A stretch of 64,000 nt of DNA from assembly GCA_028023455.1 (NCBI GenBank), contig JAQFVV010000001.1:11532001-11596000 (forward strand). Direction: 5' to 3'. How positions within the stretch are numbered: position 1 is the first letter of the stretch; each line of letters begins with the position of its first letter. The notes under the pieces were generated by a model. That model had not been told where the DNA came from. It searched no databases and was given only the letters and a program-made list of their open reading frames with translations. The position numbers and the translations under genes were made by a program. This DNA comes from Epiperipatus broadwayi (Eukaryota; Animalia; Onychophora). Below, one piece after another: positions 62,260 through 64,000 of the stretch.

Positions 62260-64000
62260 CTACAACAATAAAAAAATGCAAATTTGAATAACAAATATAA
62301 ATATATATATATATTTTATATTACTATATTGTATAATAACCTAAAGTAGCTCACTTCAGGGTTCATATAGAATTTTTCCACAGAGAACAATGAAGAAGTT
62401 ATTACTTAGCAGGCTAACCATATACCAGCTCACCAGGTAAGAAAATCTAGATACCTGTGTACTAACAAAAGTGAGATGCTAGATGGTCTAATTGGTACTT
62501 GAGTAATTAAAAAAATCTTATAGTTATTTGGAAATCCACACTAAGTAAAAAAAATTCCAAGTTTCAGTCAGGTTTAAACTTTAAGGCATTTGCACTGCAG
62601 ATGAGTGCACTAACATTAAACCAAAACTTTGGAATTAACTCTGCAGTGATCACTATACCAATATATATATATATTAGCTTATGCTATGATTGCCATAATG
62701 AGTTTGCATATACTCAGGCTGTCAATCATGTCATAAACTAACTAGAGCTGTTATTCATTTATTAATATATTAAAAATTGTAGAATTCCAATTTTGTTTTA
62801 TTATATATTACTTTATCTGATATTATATATTCATATAATAGTAGAAAATAATATATAACTACAATTCATATCAATAAAGTTCAAAGCCTCACAGAAATTT
62901 ACATCTAGTGGAAGGTTTAAAAAATGAATTCTTATTGACTTTGTCTTGTGAATGTTAAATCAATTTTAATGTGACATTTATTCTTGTTATCATTGCTCTA
63001 AATTTATCTGCCGTGTAAGTTTTTGGACTGCAGTCAAAATAGCCTTAATCTGTCTTCTTGTCAGTTAGATTGAGTTTTTAAGAGACTTTGAACATTAATT
63101 ATATATGGCAATAGGACATCACTCATTTCCAATATATTTATATTTATAAACATAATGAAAAACTTTTTAGATGGAATATGGCATTCTTAGTAGAAAGCAA
63201 AATGCAACATTACAAGTTATACTTTTTGAGCTCATGAGTATGTGTGTTTAATCAAATATTTATAAGAGACATTAGTCAACTTATGTATATATATATATGC
63301 ATATTCTAACCAAGAATAGATATGCATGGAACTATGTAATATAATATATATTACATGGAATGAGACTGTTATAATATCGAGACTGTTAAAACAGTTGGCT
63401 AAGCTCAGTGGTTGGTTCATTAACTTATACCTAGCTTAAAGATATGCATTCCAATAAAGGAAGAAATTTTAAGGAAGTAATAAAATATATTATTATAAAA
63501 TAAATAACTCTATATGGGGAAGAAAGAAAAACTTCATTCTTTCCCAAGCAAGATTTTAAAAATAAAATATATTTCCCTCTATTACGACATATTCTCTGAG
63601 CTATAACATTTTGCACTTTAAGCAACATTTTCTGATAAATTCTTATGTTTTATCTAATATCCTACATAGCACATAATTATTTATTAATATGACCTGATTT
63701 ACTTTACTCTTATAGAGTATAATGGAAGGTATCTTTTTAATGGTACAATAAACTATAATGAATTTCTTCGGCCACCACTAAAGTTATAATTAGATAAATA
63801 GGTTAATAATTAATGAAGTAATAAACAATGGTCTCAGTGTTATATTGTTGTATTGTGTTGCCAAACCAATGACTTGCATCCTGATAGACTATAGAATACA
63901 TACACTTATCTTATAAGTTAATGTATCCTAATATGCTATAATAATTACAATTACAGAAACAAGTGTCTAATTTGAGTAATACTGATGTAAACAGTTATAT

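Noticed and set aside
62043-62291. 82-aa plus ORF
   Set aside because: Antisense shadow of the 61475-62259 exon.

Overview
Very AT-rich animal (probably arthropod or other invertebrate) genomic DNA, dominated by transposons. Host genes: the first coding exon of FIP1L1/Fip1 on the minus strand (3800-3842); a mitochondrial initiation factor 3 gene (MTIF3) on the plus strand (coding exons 33517-34032 and 48407-48523, 14.4 kb intron); and a large unidentified minus-strand exon (61475-62259). Between FIP1L1 and MTIF3 sit two related Ty3/Gypsy elements with giant LTRs. Element A (6584-14961) is young, Gag-only and has 2.2 kb LTRs. Element B (20675-32319) is older, carries a decayed gag-pol, has 2.9 kb LTRs and a GTAC target-site duplication (TSD). 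The window also holds a solo LTR, many decayed RTE-clade LINEs and a MITE. Two things stand out. (1) Both Gypsy elements keep the same apparent splicing programme: an ATG 15 nt before a splice donor at the end of the LTR, then a 25/28-nt leader microexon with the same phases. In B this leads into the Gag frame and would splice out the primer-binding site (PBS). (2) A non-coding repeat family at five loci carries a consensus minimal type-I hammerhead ribozyme in ~430-450 nt units. Copies have inverted arms, near-fixed ends and, at four loci, 11-17 bp TSDs (Penelope pseudo-LTR/retrozyme-like). Two other inverted-arm families with long TSDs also occur. All calls come from manual reading; no database searches or RNA data were available.
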